Part shown: positions 38,301 through 51,388 of the stretch, piece after piece
Position numbering within the stretch: the stretch's first letter is position 1
Layout of the letters: the number at the start of each line of letters is the position of its first letter
NCBI GenBank assembly: GCA_002269645.1
Contig: NIVC01000772.1
Coordinates: 1-64,000, forward strand
Reading direction: 5' to 3'
Source: Macrostomum lignano
Taxonomy: Eukaryota
Length of the DNA stretch: 64,000 nt
Translations under genes and position numbers: made by a program
The notes under the pieces: model-generated
The model's input: the letters and a program-made list of their open reading frames with translations, nothing else
The model's database searches: none
Told to the model about the DNA's origin: nothing

Positions 38301-41300
38301 TGCAGTGCCTAAATTTCCGTAGTGTCTGTCACTGAAGTGCCTAAATATCCGTAGTGTCTGTCACTGCAGTGCCTAAATATCTGTAGTGTCTGTCACTGCA
38401 GTGCCTAAATATCCGTAGTGTCTGTCACTGAAGTGCCTAAATATCCGTAGTGTCTGTCACTGCAGTGCCTAAATATCCGTAATGTCTGTCACTGCAGTGC
38501 CTAAATATCTGTAGTGTCTGTCACTGCAGTGCCTAAATATCCGTAATGTCTGTCACTGCAGTGCCTAAATATCCGTAGTGTCTGTCACTGCAGTGCCTAA
38601 ATATCTGTAGTGTCTGTCACTCCAGTGCCTAAATATCTGTAGTGTCTGTCACTGCAGTGCCTAAATATCTGTAATGTCTGTCACTGCAGTGCCTAAATAT
38701 CTGTAGTGTCTGTCACTGCAGTGCCTAAATATCCGTAGTGTCTGTCACTGCAGTGCCTAAATATCTGTAGTGTCTGTCACTGCAGTGCCTAAATATCTGT
38801 AGTGTCTGTCACTGCAGTGCCTAAATATCCGTAGTGTCTGTCACTGAAGTGCCTAAATATCTGTAGTGTCTGTCACTGCAGTGCCTAAATATCCGTAATG
38901 TCTGTCACTGCAGTGCCTAAATATCCGTAGTGTCTGTCACTGCAGTGCCTAAATATCTGTAGTGTCTGTCACTGCAGTGCCTAAATATCTGTAGTGTCTG
39001 TCACTGCAGTGCCTAAATATCTGTAATGTCTGTCACTGCAGTGCCTAAATATCTGTAGTGTCTGTCACTGCAGTGCCTAAATATCTGTAGTGTCTGTCAC
39101 TGCAGTGCCTAAATATCTGTAGTGTCTGTCACTGAAGTGCCTAAATATCCGTAGTGTCTGTCACTGAAGTGCCTAAATATCCGTAGTGTCTGTCACTGCA
39201 GTGCCTAAATATCTGTAGTGTCTGTCACTGCAGTGCCTAAATATCCGTAATGTCTGTCACTGCAGTGCCTAAATATCCGTAGTGTCTGTCACTACAGTGC
39301 CTAAATATCTGTAGTGTCTGTCACTGCAGTGCCTAAATATCTGTAGTGTCTGTCACTGCAGTGCCTAAATATCTGTAGTGTCTGTCACTGCAGTGCCTAA
39401 ATATCTGTAATGTCTGTCACTGCAGTGCCTAAATATCTGTAGTGTCTGTCACTGCAGTGCCTAAATATCTGTAGTGTCTGTCACTGCAGTGCCTAAATAT
39501 CCGTAATGTCTGTCACTGCAGTGCCTAAATATCCGTAGTGTCTGTCACTGCAGTGCCTAAATATCTGTAGTGTCTGTCACTGCAGTGCCTAAATATCTGT
39601 AGTGTCTGTCACTGCAGTGCCTAAATATCTGTAGTGTCTGTCACTGCAGTGCCTAAATATCTGTAGTGTCTGTCACTGCAGTGCCTAAATATCTGTAGTG
39701 TCTGTCACTGCAGTGCCTAAATATCCGTAATGTCTGTCACTGCAGTGCCTAAATATCCGTAGTGTCTGTCACTGCAGTGCCTAAATATCTGTAGTGTCTG
39801 TCACTGCAGTGCCTAAATATCTGTAGTGTCTGTCACTGAAGTGCCTAAATATCTGTAGTGTCTGTCACTGCAGTGCCTAAATATCTGTAGTGTCTGTCAC
39901 TGCAGTGCCTAAATATCTGTAGTGTCTGTCACTGCAGTGCCTAAATATCTGTAGTGTCTGTCACTGCAGTGCCTAAATATCTGTAGTGTCTGTCACTGCA
40001 GTGCCTAAATATCCGTAGTGTCTGTCACTGCAGTGCCTAAATATCTGTAGTGTCTGTCACTGCAGTGCCTAAATATCTGTAGTGTCTGTCACTGCAGTGC
40101 CTAAATATCCGTAGTGTCTGTCACTGAAGTGCCTAAATATCTGTAGTGTCTGTCACTGCAGTGCCTAAATATCCGTAATGTCTGTCACTGCAGTGCCTAA
40201 ATATCCGTAGTGTCTGTCACTGCAGTGCCTAAATATCTGTAGTGTCTGTCACTGCAGTGCCTAAATATCTGTAGTGTCTGTCACTGCAGTGCCTAAATAT
40301 CTGTAATGTCTGTCACTGCAGTGCCTAAATATCTGTAGTGTCTGTCACTGCAGTGCCTAAATATCTGTAGTGTCTGTCACTGCAGTGCCTAAATATCTGT
40401 AGTGTCTGTCACTGAAGTGCCTAAATATCCGTAGTGTCTGTCACTGAAGTGCCTAAATATCCGTAGTGTCTGTCACTGCAGTGCCTAAATATCTGTAGTG
40501 TCTGTCACTGCAGTGCCTAAATATCCGTAATGTCTGTCACTGCAGTGCCTAAATATCCGTAGTGTCTGTCACTACAGTGCCTAAATATCTGTAGTGTCTG
40601 TCACTGCAGTGCCTAAATATCTGTAGTGTCTGTCACTGCAGTGCCTAAATATCTGTAGTGTCTGTCACTGCAGTGCCTAAATATCTGTAATGTCTGTCAC
40701 TGCAGTGCCTAAATATCTGTAGTGTCTGTCACTGCAGTGCCTAAATATCTGTAGTGTCTGTCACTGCAGTGCCTAAATATCCGTAATGTCTGTCACTGCA
40801 GTGCCTAAATATCCGTAGTGTCTGTCACTGCAGTGCCTAAATATCTGTAGTGTCTGTCACTGCAGTGCCTAAATATCTGTAGTGTCTGTCACTGCAGTGC
40901 CTAAATATCTGTAGTGTCTGTCACTGCAGTGCCTAAATATCTGTAGTGTCTGTCACTGCAGTGCCTAAATATCTGTAGTGTCTGTCACTGCAGTGCCTAA
41001 ATATCCGTAATGTCTGTCACTGCAGTGCCTAAATATCCGTAGTGTCTGTCACTGCAGTGCCTAAATATCTGTAGTGTCTGTCACTGCAGTGCCTAAATAT
41101 CTGTAGTGTCTGTCACTGAAGTGCCTAAATATCTGTAGTGTCTGTCACTGCAGTGCCTAAATATCTGTAGTGTCTGTCACTGCAGTGCCTAAATATCTGT
41201 AGTGTCTGTCACTGCAGTGCCTAAATATCTGTAGTGTCTGTCACTGCAGTGCCTAAATATCTGTAGTGTCTGTCACTGCAGTGCCTAAATATCTGTAATG

Positions 41301-43026
41301 TCTGTCACTGCAGTGCCTAAATATCTGTAGTGTCTGTCACTGCAGTGCCTAAATATCTGTAGTGTCTGTCACTGCAGTGCCTAAATATCTGTAGTGTCTG
41401 TCACTGAAGTGCCTAAATATCCGTAGTGTCTGTCACTGAAGTGCCTAAATATCCGTAGTGTCTGTCACTGAAGTGCCTAAATATCTGTAGTGTCTGTCAC
41501 TGCAGTGCCTAAATATCCGTAATGTCTGTCACTGCAGTGCCTAAATATCCGTAGTGTCTGTCACTGCAGTGCCTAAATATCTGTAGTGTCTGTCACTGCA
41601 GTGCCTAAATATCTGTAGTGTCTGTCACTGCAGTGCCTAAATATCCGTAGTGTCTGTCACTGCAGTGCCTAAATATCCGTAGTGTCTGTCACTGAAGTGC
41701 CTAAATATCCGTAATGTCTGTCACTGCAGTGCCTAAATATCCGTAGTGTCTGTCACTGCAGTGCCTAAATATCTGTAGTGTCTGTCACTGCAGTGCCTAA
41801 ATATCTGTAGTGTCTGTCACTGCAGTGCCTAAATATCTGTAGTGTCTGTCACTGCAGTGCCTAAATATCTGTAGTGTCTGTCACTGCAGTGCCTAAATAT
41901 CTGTAGTGTCTGTCACTGCAGTGCCTAAATATCTGTAGTGTCTGTCACTGCAGTGCCTAAATATCTGTAGTGTCTGTCACTGCAGTGCCTAAATATCCGT
42001 AGTGTCTGTCACTGCAGTGCCTAAATATCTGTAGTGTCTGTCACTGCAGTGCCTAAATATCTGTAGTGTCTGTCACTGAAGTGCCTAAATATCTGTAATG
42101 TCTGTCACTGCAGTGCCTAAATATCTGTAGTGTCTGTCACTGCAGTGCCTAAATATCTGTAGTGTCTGTCACTGCAGTGCCTAAATATCTGTAGTGTCTG
42201 TCACTGCAGTGCCTAAATATCTGTAATGTCTGTCACTGCAGTGCCTAAATATCTGTAATGTCTGTCACTGCAGTGCCTAAATATCTGTAGTGTCTGTCAC
42301 TGCAGTGCCTAAATATCTGTAGTGTCTGTCACTGCAGTGCCTAAATATCTGTAGTGTCTGTCACTGCAGTGCCTAAATATCTGTAGTGTCTGTCACTGCA
42401 GTGCCTAAATATCTGTAGTGTCTGTCACTGCAGTGCCTAAATATCTGTAGTGTCTGTCACTGCAGTGCCTAAATATCTGTAATGTCTGTCACTGCAGTGC
42501 CTAAATATCTGTAGTGTCTGTCACTGCAGTGCCTAAATATCTGTAGTGTCTGTCACTGCAGTGCCTAAATATCTGTAGTGTCTGTCACTGCAGTGCCTAA
42601 ATATCCGTAGTGTCTGTCACTGCAGTGCCTAAATATCCGTAGTGTCTGTCACTGCAGTGCCTAAATATCTGTAGTGTCTGTCACTGAAGCGCAGCGACCA
42701 TCGCTAACCGCTCGCAGGGCCTGGAGACACGCCACTACAACTCAGTTGACGACATGCGCGCCTGGCTCGCTGCTGGCGCTTCAGGAGGCGGCGGCGGTTT
42801 CCAAGGCTTTGCCGACGATGTTACGCTTGATGAAGAAGTCAGCCGCTGTCTTCGTCAACAACAGCATCAGCAGCAGCAACATCATCTAATGATGGAGACA
42901 GACTCAGCTTCCGGCTGCGGCTCTGGCGAACGTATGCGCTGCCCTGTGTGCGGTCTGAGCATGCCGCCGAATGGTGACTTGTCAGCATTTAATTTGCACG
43001 TGAACAGCCACTTTGCGGACGATTAA
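35326..43026 (+). CDS. Coiled-coil protein with a C-terminal UBZ-type zinc finger, about 548 aa, 3 exons
   Basis: Exons are 35326-about 36144 (donor uncertain), 37093-37611 and 42718-43026, all phase 0. Coiled coils include LAAAYERLAVRFNQLEAAYNQL, and the terminal finger is CPVCGLSMPPNGDLSAFNLHVNSHF. The last acceptor has a branch-like CTAAC. Confidence 0.75.
36340..36990. repeat. ~26-bp G-rich minisatellite (AAGGGGTGAGGTTGGTGTGTTTTATT)
   Basis: Direct reading; in intron 1 of the UBZ gene. Confidence 0.95.
37650..42687. repeat. 32-bp minisatellite, about 5 kb, in intron 2 of the UBZ gene
   Basis: Unit TGTCTGTCACTGCAGTGCCTAAATATCTGTAG with a few binary variant positions. Confidence 0.98.
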
Positions 43027-44488
43027 AAAGGGCCTGATTTCCCTGCTGAAAAATGTTCAATGTGGGTTTTATTCTAGCGCATAGCAACTACATATCCTAG
43101 TTGCTTTGCTTTTTGCAGCCCATTTGGGCCTACATGCATTGAATTTAATCCAAGATATGCGCATTTAATTTGGTCCAACAAGCATCAGTTTGGTCCAGAC
43201 GCTTCATTTGCAAGCGATCGAAACACTCGACAGAGTTGAACGCCCAAAGAACATTGCAAGGTTGCTCAATGTCAAGGCTAGAGCCTCAGTTCCAACTGCT
43301 ACTCGATGCAATTGAGACGAACCTTTTGTTGACGTTGCAGAAAATGCAGCAGAAGTTTAAGGAACAGTTCCAGTTGGTTGTCAGATTGTTGGTACAGACG
43401 CTGACATTACCAGCAGTACGCAACAACCTGCAGACGGTTGCAAGAAGGCAAGAGTTGTACCGAATGGCTCACGAGCGTTTGGATCAGATTGATGTTTGTT
43501 GAAGCAAATTAAATGCCATAGACAAAGGCTCCATTACTTTGACAAGCATATCTTGGATTAACTTCAATGCGTTTTAGGCCCAAATAGGCTGCAAAAAGCT
43601 GTACTATAATAAATATATACGATTTTTCTTTACTATGCATAACGTGCTTAAAAACACTAGCAAGTTAGGGCGGCTGTACACCCTTTGTGAGCGTGTGCTT
43701 AGCTGTGCGTATGACTGCGTACTGCTCTGTGGAGTCGGCGGAATAATGGTCAGCAATGCCTCTTGCCAGTTGTGTGTGCACACAGCCTCTAATTAGTGGT
43801 TATGCATTGTTGACTTGCCGCTTATTGGCATTGATTGGCTCAGACACTATGCCTGCTATATAGATTTTAGTTTGAGAACTTCTACAGGGGGGATTATCGT
43901 GGTCCTTTTTTAATATTTGTTCCGAGCTTTATTTAATTCGTATATTGATGTTAATTGTCTAAAAAAGGGTAAAGATTTGTATTCAGCATGTTAAATTTGT
44001 TGTCATCACGTGAGCTTTCACTTCTTTCAAACGTCTATCTGTACAAGTGCATGCTGGTAGCGAATCAACCGAGCGCTTGTTTGCTTGCTACTCGTATTTT
44101 CAGCTGCCTGAGTCGTTTCTTGCTTACTTGTTATTTATTCATGCGAAGGTATATGCTATCTGACAGATAAAGAACCACTAATTATCTGGGCTTATAAATA
44201 TTTGCTACAGCAATCCAGTCCTGTGTATTATTGGTCAATTTTCGTAATCGTTATCCTTGAATGTTTCTACTTTCAAATCCATTTATTGGTGGTTTCAAAT
44301 GTAATTTTCAACTGGCAGTGCTCGTATGCATAAATAAATAAATATCTACATATACACTTGCTTACGACTGCTTAATTTTTTATAATAGCTGAGTTCTTGT
44401 TACTTTTCTTTAAAAAGACTGACTGTCCAAGGCAAAATATAGCATTTTTTATTTTGCTTAAGAATTTGAGCATTTATTTAGAGACACT

Positions 44489-44682
44489 GGGCCGTATGCA
44501 GAAAGCTCTGTCTAGGGTAGTCCGGTCTTGAAAAGCTAGTCTGGACTTGGATTTGGTATGCAGAAACACAAAGTTAGACCGGTCTACTATAGACAGAACT
44601 AGGGTAGCTAGACCATAGACTATAGACTGAACTACCCAAGTCCGGACTAGCTAGTCTGGACTAAGCTTTCTGCATACGGCCC
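44489..44682. mobile_element. PIF/Harbinger-like MITE, 194 bp
   Basis: Perfect 19-bp TIR GGGCCGTATGCAGAAAGCT / AGCTTTCTGCATACGGCCC. No clean TSD, so the superfamily call rests only on the GGGCC terminus. Confidence 0.7.
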
Positions 44683-46064
44683 AATGTCAATCATACAATA
44701 AATCTATGTTATTACTTTCGTCTATGGTCAAAACACCGTCGATGGTCTATGGCACACGGACGGACAGAGCATTGAATTTAAGACAGAATTGGCGTTCCAT
44801 GGTACCGCATAGGATCGCAGAGTCAGGCGTGGATGTCATCACACGGTTGCCAAGGGTGCACACTGCGCTTCCTGCCTCTATGCTTGGTCCCTGACATCGT
44901 CTGCTTGAGCGCGCATGTGGTCTGACAGTAGAGTCACAGTTGCAGTTTCAGACTTTTTCGCCATGTGCATCACAAAATTCTAATTTACTTTATCGCCTGT
45001 TCATTTTCTGTCACAAAATGCACATTTTTGTCTAATGGTTCTGAGTTTAAAGTCCGAATTTAAATGGTTGATGTCTTGAATTTAGTGTTCTCCTCATACC
45101 GAGTTTTGGCTATAGATAATTGTCGAAGCATGGGTTGAAGCAGGGACTACTTCAGCATATAAACGACACTTGAGTAGTCCATACATGTAGGTTGAATATG
45201 GTTGGCTGTGTCTTGAATTTTATTCTCAACTAAAAATGAAAAAAATCTAAATACCCCATGGTAGCTAGTTTAGAGTTCTACTGCTAAGTAATAGGGCTTC
45301 TCACTTAGTTTCGTTATTATATAGTTGTTCATCGGCTTAATTTTGAAACGACCTCTGATTGCGCCACAGATACTAAAATAACTAGATGGGCCACTCAGGC
45401 ATATATACTTAGCAAAACAGGCTTTCTACTTTTAGTTCAGTAGCAAAGAAGAATACATACGCTATTTTTAGAAAAAGCAGCTGAAATGACTGATAAGTTT
45501 AGAAGCCCAAGCTTGCAGGCGTAAACAACTTGCTAATTGGTTCAGCAATGTACATTAGCCAGTCCAGTGAAATGTACATGGCAGCTTTAGCAATAAAATT
45601 GGGGCGGGGCGGGGGTTAGTGTGAAAATGCGAGGCGCGGTTGGAGATTTTAATCGGGGAGTAAGAGCCATATAAGGTATATAAGGCATATAAGGTAAGAG
45701 CAACTGAAAGTACGAGTAGCTTGCACGCAAATGTGCTGAGTGGCCCATCTAGTTATTCTAGTATCTGTGGATTGCGCCAAGTCGTGCTGTTTTCTGAATC
45801 CGTTTGCATAACCACGACATGCCTGCATTGCAAGTCTTATGATGTTTTCTTATTATTAGAACTTGCATGCGTGCGGCTTCCATGCAAACTCGCTTTTTAT
45901 AGATAAGCAGAACGATAATCAGAGTTGCATGTATAGCTATGGTTTATCTTTGGACGATGATGCGTTTAACTATTTAGACTGTCCTTCAGAAGCATTGATA
46001 TAAACAGGCATCTTCAAAGGGTAAGATACTCCCAGTAGACTCGAGTATACAACAGCCGCTTAAA

Positions 46065-47516
46065 ATGGTTCCACTCGAACAAACAGAAGCCACTCGACTC
46101 ATTGAAGATTCCAACGGCAGCACCAGCCGGCGGATTGTTCCGATTATTAATAAATCTATCGCTCTTCTGCTCGCTATGAAATTGGTCGGCAACGTTCTTG
46201 AGTACCAGCTGGCCTACTTCAACATTGACGCTTACATGCAATACCACCAGAATAGCAGCAACTGCCAGCGCGTGCCGTGCTCGCAGAAAAGCAACGCGTA
46301 CAGCAACAGCCTGGTGTTGGGCGCTGCATTTGTGCTATCGACCCTTAGCGGCCTGATATCCGATCGGTTTCTTGGCTGCGTTCGCGTCCTCGTCGCCGGT
46401 TGCATCATCCAGTTGTGGGCGTCTGTTTTGTTCCCGATGCTGATCAGGACGTCGCTTCTGTGCCAGAGTCGCGCTTGGTACTATGCAATCGCTGCTAGTA
46501 TGACATTATCACTAGGCCTGGTTGATCCCCTCCTGCTGTACGCCATCATGCAGCACACAAACGGGCCGCGATCTAGACGGTTTATATTGTTTTCATACTT
46601 TGTTGCTGCCGCGGGAACCGAGTGCCTTGGCTGTTTGCCGGCTATACTGAGGTACGTGACGCAGGAGTCGGGAGTAGCCGATAACTTTGATTTTATTGGA
46701 ATCGTGTTTAGCGCGCTGCTAGTTGCGTGCGTGTTCTTCCTAGTCAAAGATGAAAACGTTTGTGACAGACTGCGAACTGAAAACTTCGAGTTTCCACGAC
46801 TGCAAAGGCTTCGAAGATATTACATTGCTGTTGCAGGCTTTATTCCATTCACGACGGTCATTATCTTGTGTAGAAATGTTTTTTATTTGACCGAGATCAA
46901 ATACTATGCTAAGTATACTGATGAAAATGTGAATTACGCCATCACCATCGGGAGCTATCAGTTGGCTACTGTTGTCTTCAGCCTGCTCGGAGCAGCTGCT
47001 GCGGCGGCTAGAAAGTTCCCTCGCTGTCTGACGATTCGTATTCGAATCCAGTTGGGTCTCGGTCTCTTGCTAGCTTGCAAGATCATACTGTTCGTGGCGT
47101 CATTCTTTCATTGCGAATTATCAAATCTCGGTGAAAGTCACCCGATAGCTATTCAAGGCGCCTATTTTGTGGCCGGATTCATCGACGGACTAGCCAACTC
47201 GCTGACCGACGTGGCCATGTACGAACTGGTCGACTGCATTGCGGAGAGTTGCGCCCGAGCTATGTACTTGGGGATATTCTACACAACGTGGGGCTTGGGC
47301 CTCATGCTAGTGGGTATTGTTGTTAAAGTCTTAAAACTTCTTCCATCAGAGGGTCACGACATGATTCCGGGGCCTGATGGATTGCCGCACTTCTATATCA
47401 GATATGCAATTGTCATTGGTCTTCTATTAATGTGCATGGGCTACTATTTAAAAGTAGCCTTACCGTTTGCGGAGCCCTTATGTTCAAGCCATGAATCGGA
47501 TCAAGAACTTGACTAA
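46065..47516 (+). CDS. Intronless MFS transporter, SLC15/PTR2 (POT)-like, 483 aa
   Basis: About 11-12 hydrophobic segments; LSGLISDRFLG loop motif; YELVDCIAESCARAMYLGIF resembles the POT-family C-terminal motif. Confidence 0.8.
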   Translation: MVPLEQTEATRLIEDSNGSTSRRIVPIINKSIALLLAMKLVGNVLEYQLAYFNIDAYMQYHQNSSNCQRVPCSQKSNAYSNSLVLGAAFVLSTLSGLISDRFLGCVRVLVAGCIIQLWASVLFPMLIRTSLLCQSRAWYYAIAASMTLSLGLVDPLLLYAIMQHTNGPRSRRFILFSYFVAAAGTECLGCLPAILRYVTQESGVADNFDFIGIVFSALLVACVFFLVKDENVCDRLRTENFEFPRLQRLRRYYIAVAGFIPFTTVIILCRNVFYLTEIKYYAKYTDENVNYAITIGSYQLATVVFSLLGAAAAAARKFPRCLTIRIRIQLGLGLLLACKIILFVASFFHCELSNLGESHPIAIQGAYFVAGFIDGLANSLTDVAMYELVDCIAESCARAMYLGIFYTTWGLGLMLVGIVVKVLKLLPSEGHDMIPGPDGLPHFYIRYAIVIGLLLMCMGYYLKVALPFAEPLCSSHESDQELD

Positions 47517-49845
47517 TTTTGCATTATTAATCATCGAATGGATCTCAAAACAAAAATGTTTGCATGTAATTTTTTTCGCCTTGCCAGACCATCATATGTC
47601 CGAATTTAGAAAAGTAAAAAAAGTCCGCGCGCTACTTTATCCTCGGATTTTAGATGTCATAGTTTGGATATGCACGGCATCACGAATTTTGCCTGTATAA
47701 AAACAAGACAGATTGGAGTCGGCAGAGCATTTATGAACAATGTAATATAGCTGCATCTAAAAAGCAAATTTACTGACAAGGGTACGCGCGTTCGTTCCAA
47801 TTGCTTCAAGGAAATAATAATTCAAAGGCCTTTGAATCAAATTTAATTCAAATTTGTGCCCGCTGTCGAATTTAAAAGCCCGTCAGTTGCTTCTGGTTTG
47901 TGCCATAGAGACTAGCCAGCATTCTCTGGGCTTTGCTCAACTCTGTGTCCAAATTAAAAGCCCTCAGTCCAAAGTAGAACGCAAAAAGCTATAATAACAA
48001 CACCTATTTAATTCAAGAAAGACTTAATTCTTTGTTTTGAATGCTTGTTGCTTCAATCAGTAAATTTAAGATACGTACACTTTCTGAGTTTTGCAGACAA
48101 TATTATAAATAAATAATTTCACAAGTTTTTGCATTATGGATAGCAGACCAGGTACTAATGTTTATTTCTTACTAAACAAGCGGTTTGTTGTAATCAAAAA
48201 GTAAATTGTCGTGTGCTTCGTCGAAAAATTCAAATGTGAATGTATTTTCGTAATATGAACAAATGTTGTCAACTTGTCGTTGTCATCGATCTATCTCTGC
48301 AAGGCCTGAGGCCGAATCATCTGATTCTTGAATTGATGTGTGTTTTATACTAAATTTTATGCTTGTATCTGTCACTGTTTGTAATTAACAAGCATGGTTG
48401 ATTGGCTGGCTAATGCGTGGGCACGTGGCTGGCTGGCTATTAATAAAAGTAACAAGTAAACAATGTTGATTTCTTGCTTTGAAGACTAAGGGGACTTGAG
48501 AGTCGAGAGATTCTTGTTTATAAACTTTTTTGATGTTGCTTATTATATTCGCTTATGTGTGTTGCTTATCAACATTGCTGAAATAAAATTTATGTGAAAT
48601 CTTGTCCGTTCATTAAAATGTTGTTATGTATCTTGTAAATTAATACTCAATAGTGAAAGTAATGACTAATGTTAATAAATTATACATATTAAATATTTGA
48701 AGTTCAATATATTATAAAGTTTTTTTACATAATGATTGAAATTAAATATTGAGCCTAGTAAAGTATGTCCATTATTAAAGATGATAGTAGATTAGCCCAG
48801 GTTTATTTAATTTTTGTTTTCAATTTTTTAACTAATAAATAGATATCAAAAGAAGTTAAATAATAAAGATAAATGATAAAATAAGATTTAAATTAATCAA
48901 CTTGAAAAATTAGGTCAAACTGGTATAGTATATCTTTATAGTATAATAAATCAAATTGACTAATAATCAAAAGTAAATTAACATTACAGTATTTTTGTTC
49001 CTAAAAAGCTGAGACCCTGGAATCTACCATAGTCATCAATTTTTGCCAATTTTGGCATTAATTATAATTGTTGATTGGCTTGTGATTTAGGGTTGGTTTT
49101 TGCTATTCTATATTAATTGATTGTTAGGTCATTCATACTCTGTCTAGGGTTGTCCCCCGTTTATATTTAACTCACTGGTATTGAAATAGAAAGTGTGGGG
49201 GGTAGCCTACTAACTGTCTAACTGATGATAAAAATAGCACGCGTGAGCAACAATCAAAGGTAGAATGCTAACTCTTCAATTTATGGTTAGCTAGCTAAGC
49301 TAAGTTAGCTATTCTCCTGCTTGCAAGTTTTGATCATTTCATGCATTTCACTAGTCTCCACTTCATTTGATTGTTTCTACGTTTAATATTATAGTTCAAA
49401 TTAGTTATGAGTATTGGTGATTTATCCGTTTAAAATCTGGAATCCTAGATTATGATAAACTGTGATTGATCTTGTGATTGAACTGGATTATAGTGCGCCA
49501 TGTTGATTTATACTTGATTGATTGATTGATTGCCGTGTATTGGATTCATTCATCTGTTTATTGAAATATTTAAAATTGGCGAGTTCACATTTTCTTCTTC
49601 ATTCTATATCCATTTCAACTTTTAAATCCAACACCTAATTAAATTCTTCAGTCTATTTCTTTCCCCTGTACTTTCAAGCCACCCACCAAACCTCAACTCC
49701 GCGGTCACTTACCCCCCTCCACTGCTCACCACTCTGCCCCCAAAAGCCCCAACCCCCCACCCCCCCTTATCCTCTCGCCCACCTGGCCCCTGGCCCCACC
49801 ACCTAACACTGTACTTTCATTGATTGATCGAAACCACTGTGACAG

Positions 49846-50792
49846 TGGTAACTGGTGATGTGACATTATGTGCTGGTGAAGTGACCATGTTGACTGGTGA
49901 TGTGACTCTATTGACTGGTGATGTGACCTTATGTGCTAGTGATGTGCCCATAGTGACTGGTGATATGACCTTGTTGACTGGTGATGTGACCATGTTGACT
50001 GGTGATGTGACCTTATGGGCTGGTGATGTGACCATGTTGACTGGTGATGTGACCTTGTTGACTGGTGATATGACCATGTTGACTGGTGATGTGACCATGT
50101 TGACTTGTGATGTGACCATGTTGACTGGTGATGTGACCATGTTGACTGTTGATGTGACCATGTTGACTAGTGATGTGACCTTGTTGACTGGTGATATGAC
50201 CATGTTGACTAGTGATGTGACCTTATGGGCTGGTGATGTGACCATGTTGACTGGTGATGTGACCATGTGGACTGGTGATGTGACCATGTTGACTATTGAT
50301 GTGACCCTGTGGACTGGTGATGTGACCATGTTGACTGGTGATGTGACCATGTTGACTGGTGATGTGACCTTATGGGCTGGTGATGTGACCTTGTTGACTG
50401 GTGATATGACCATGTTGACTGGTGATGTGACCTTATGGGCTGGTGATATGACCATGTTGACTGGTGATGTGACCTTATGGGCTGGTGATATGACCATGTT
50501 GACTGGTGATGTGACCTTGTTGACTGGTGATATGACCATGTTGACTGGTGATATGACCTTATGGGCTGGTGATGTGACCTTGTTGACTGGTGATATGACC
50601 ATGTTGACTGGTGATGTGACCTTATGGGCTGGTGATATGACCATGTTGACTGGTGATATGACCATGTTGACTGGTGATATGACCATGTTGACTGTTGATG
50701 TGACCATGTTGACTAGTGATGTGACCTTGTTGACTGGTGATATGACCATGTTGACTGGTGATGTGACCTTATGGGCTGGTGATGTGACCATG
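49846..50792. repeat. 21-bp minisatellite (GTGATGTGACCATGTTGACTG)
   Basis: Direct reading of the sequence. Confidence 0.97.
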
Positions 50793-51172
50793 ATGACTGG
50801 ATTAACTGCAGCAGTCCCCCAGAATTAAAGATAGTGTAGGGTGAGAGAGGATAGTGGTGAGGAGAGTGAATGAAGGGAGTAGGTTGAGTGGGTTATGGAT
50901 CAAACAATGGTTACATATTTGAGTTTATATAATATGCACAATGTCCTACTTTGTGTTGTACAGTTGAGTACTGTATTGATTATCCATTCCATCCATCCAT
51001 CCAACTCAACTGAGTGCGTGTGTACATGAATGCATGCGTGCGTGCGTGCATAAGGCTTTAAATAATGATTGTTACTATTTATGGAAAATGTACTAAAAAT
51101 AGATGCATATTTAGATGCATATCCTATATACTAAAATTCATCCCTAAAGATATCCCTATAAAAATATCCCTA

Positions 51173-51388
51173 AACAAATGTCACTAGTTATGGAAACATG
51201 TAACTATAAATAGATGCGTTTTCACCCCTTAGAGAAATTAGAAAGACAGACTATTCTAACTTGTGTAATAGAATCAATTAATCAGTGAGTGAGTGAGTGA
51301 GCAAGCGACAGAATGAATACTCTATATCTCTAGGGGTGAAAGTGCATCTATTTATAGTTACATATTTCCATAACTAGTGACATTTGTT
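51173..51388. mobile_element. Foldback/MITE-like inverted repeat
   Basis: Arms of about 62 bp (51173-51235 and 51327-51388) with few mismatches around a spacer of about 90 bp; degenerate copies of the arm modules continue outward. Confidence 0.6.

Noticed and set aside
49817-50828. 324-aa and 334-aa ORFs
   Set aside because: Stop-free 21-bp minisatellite with no unique coding flanks.
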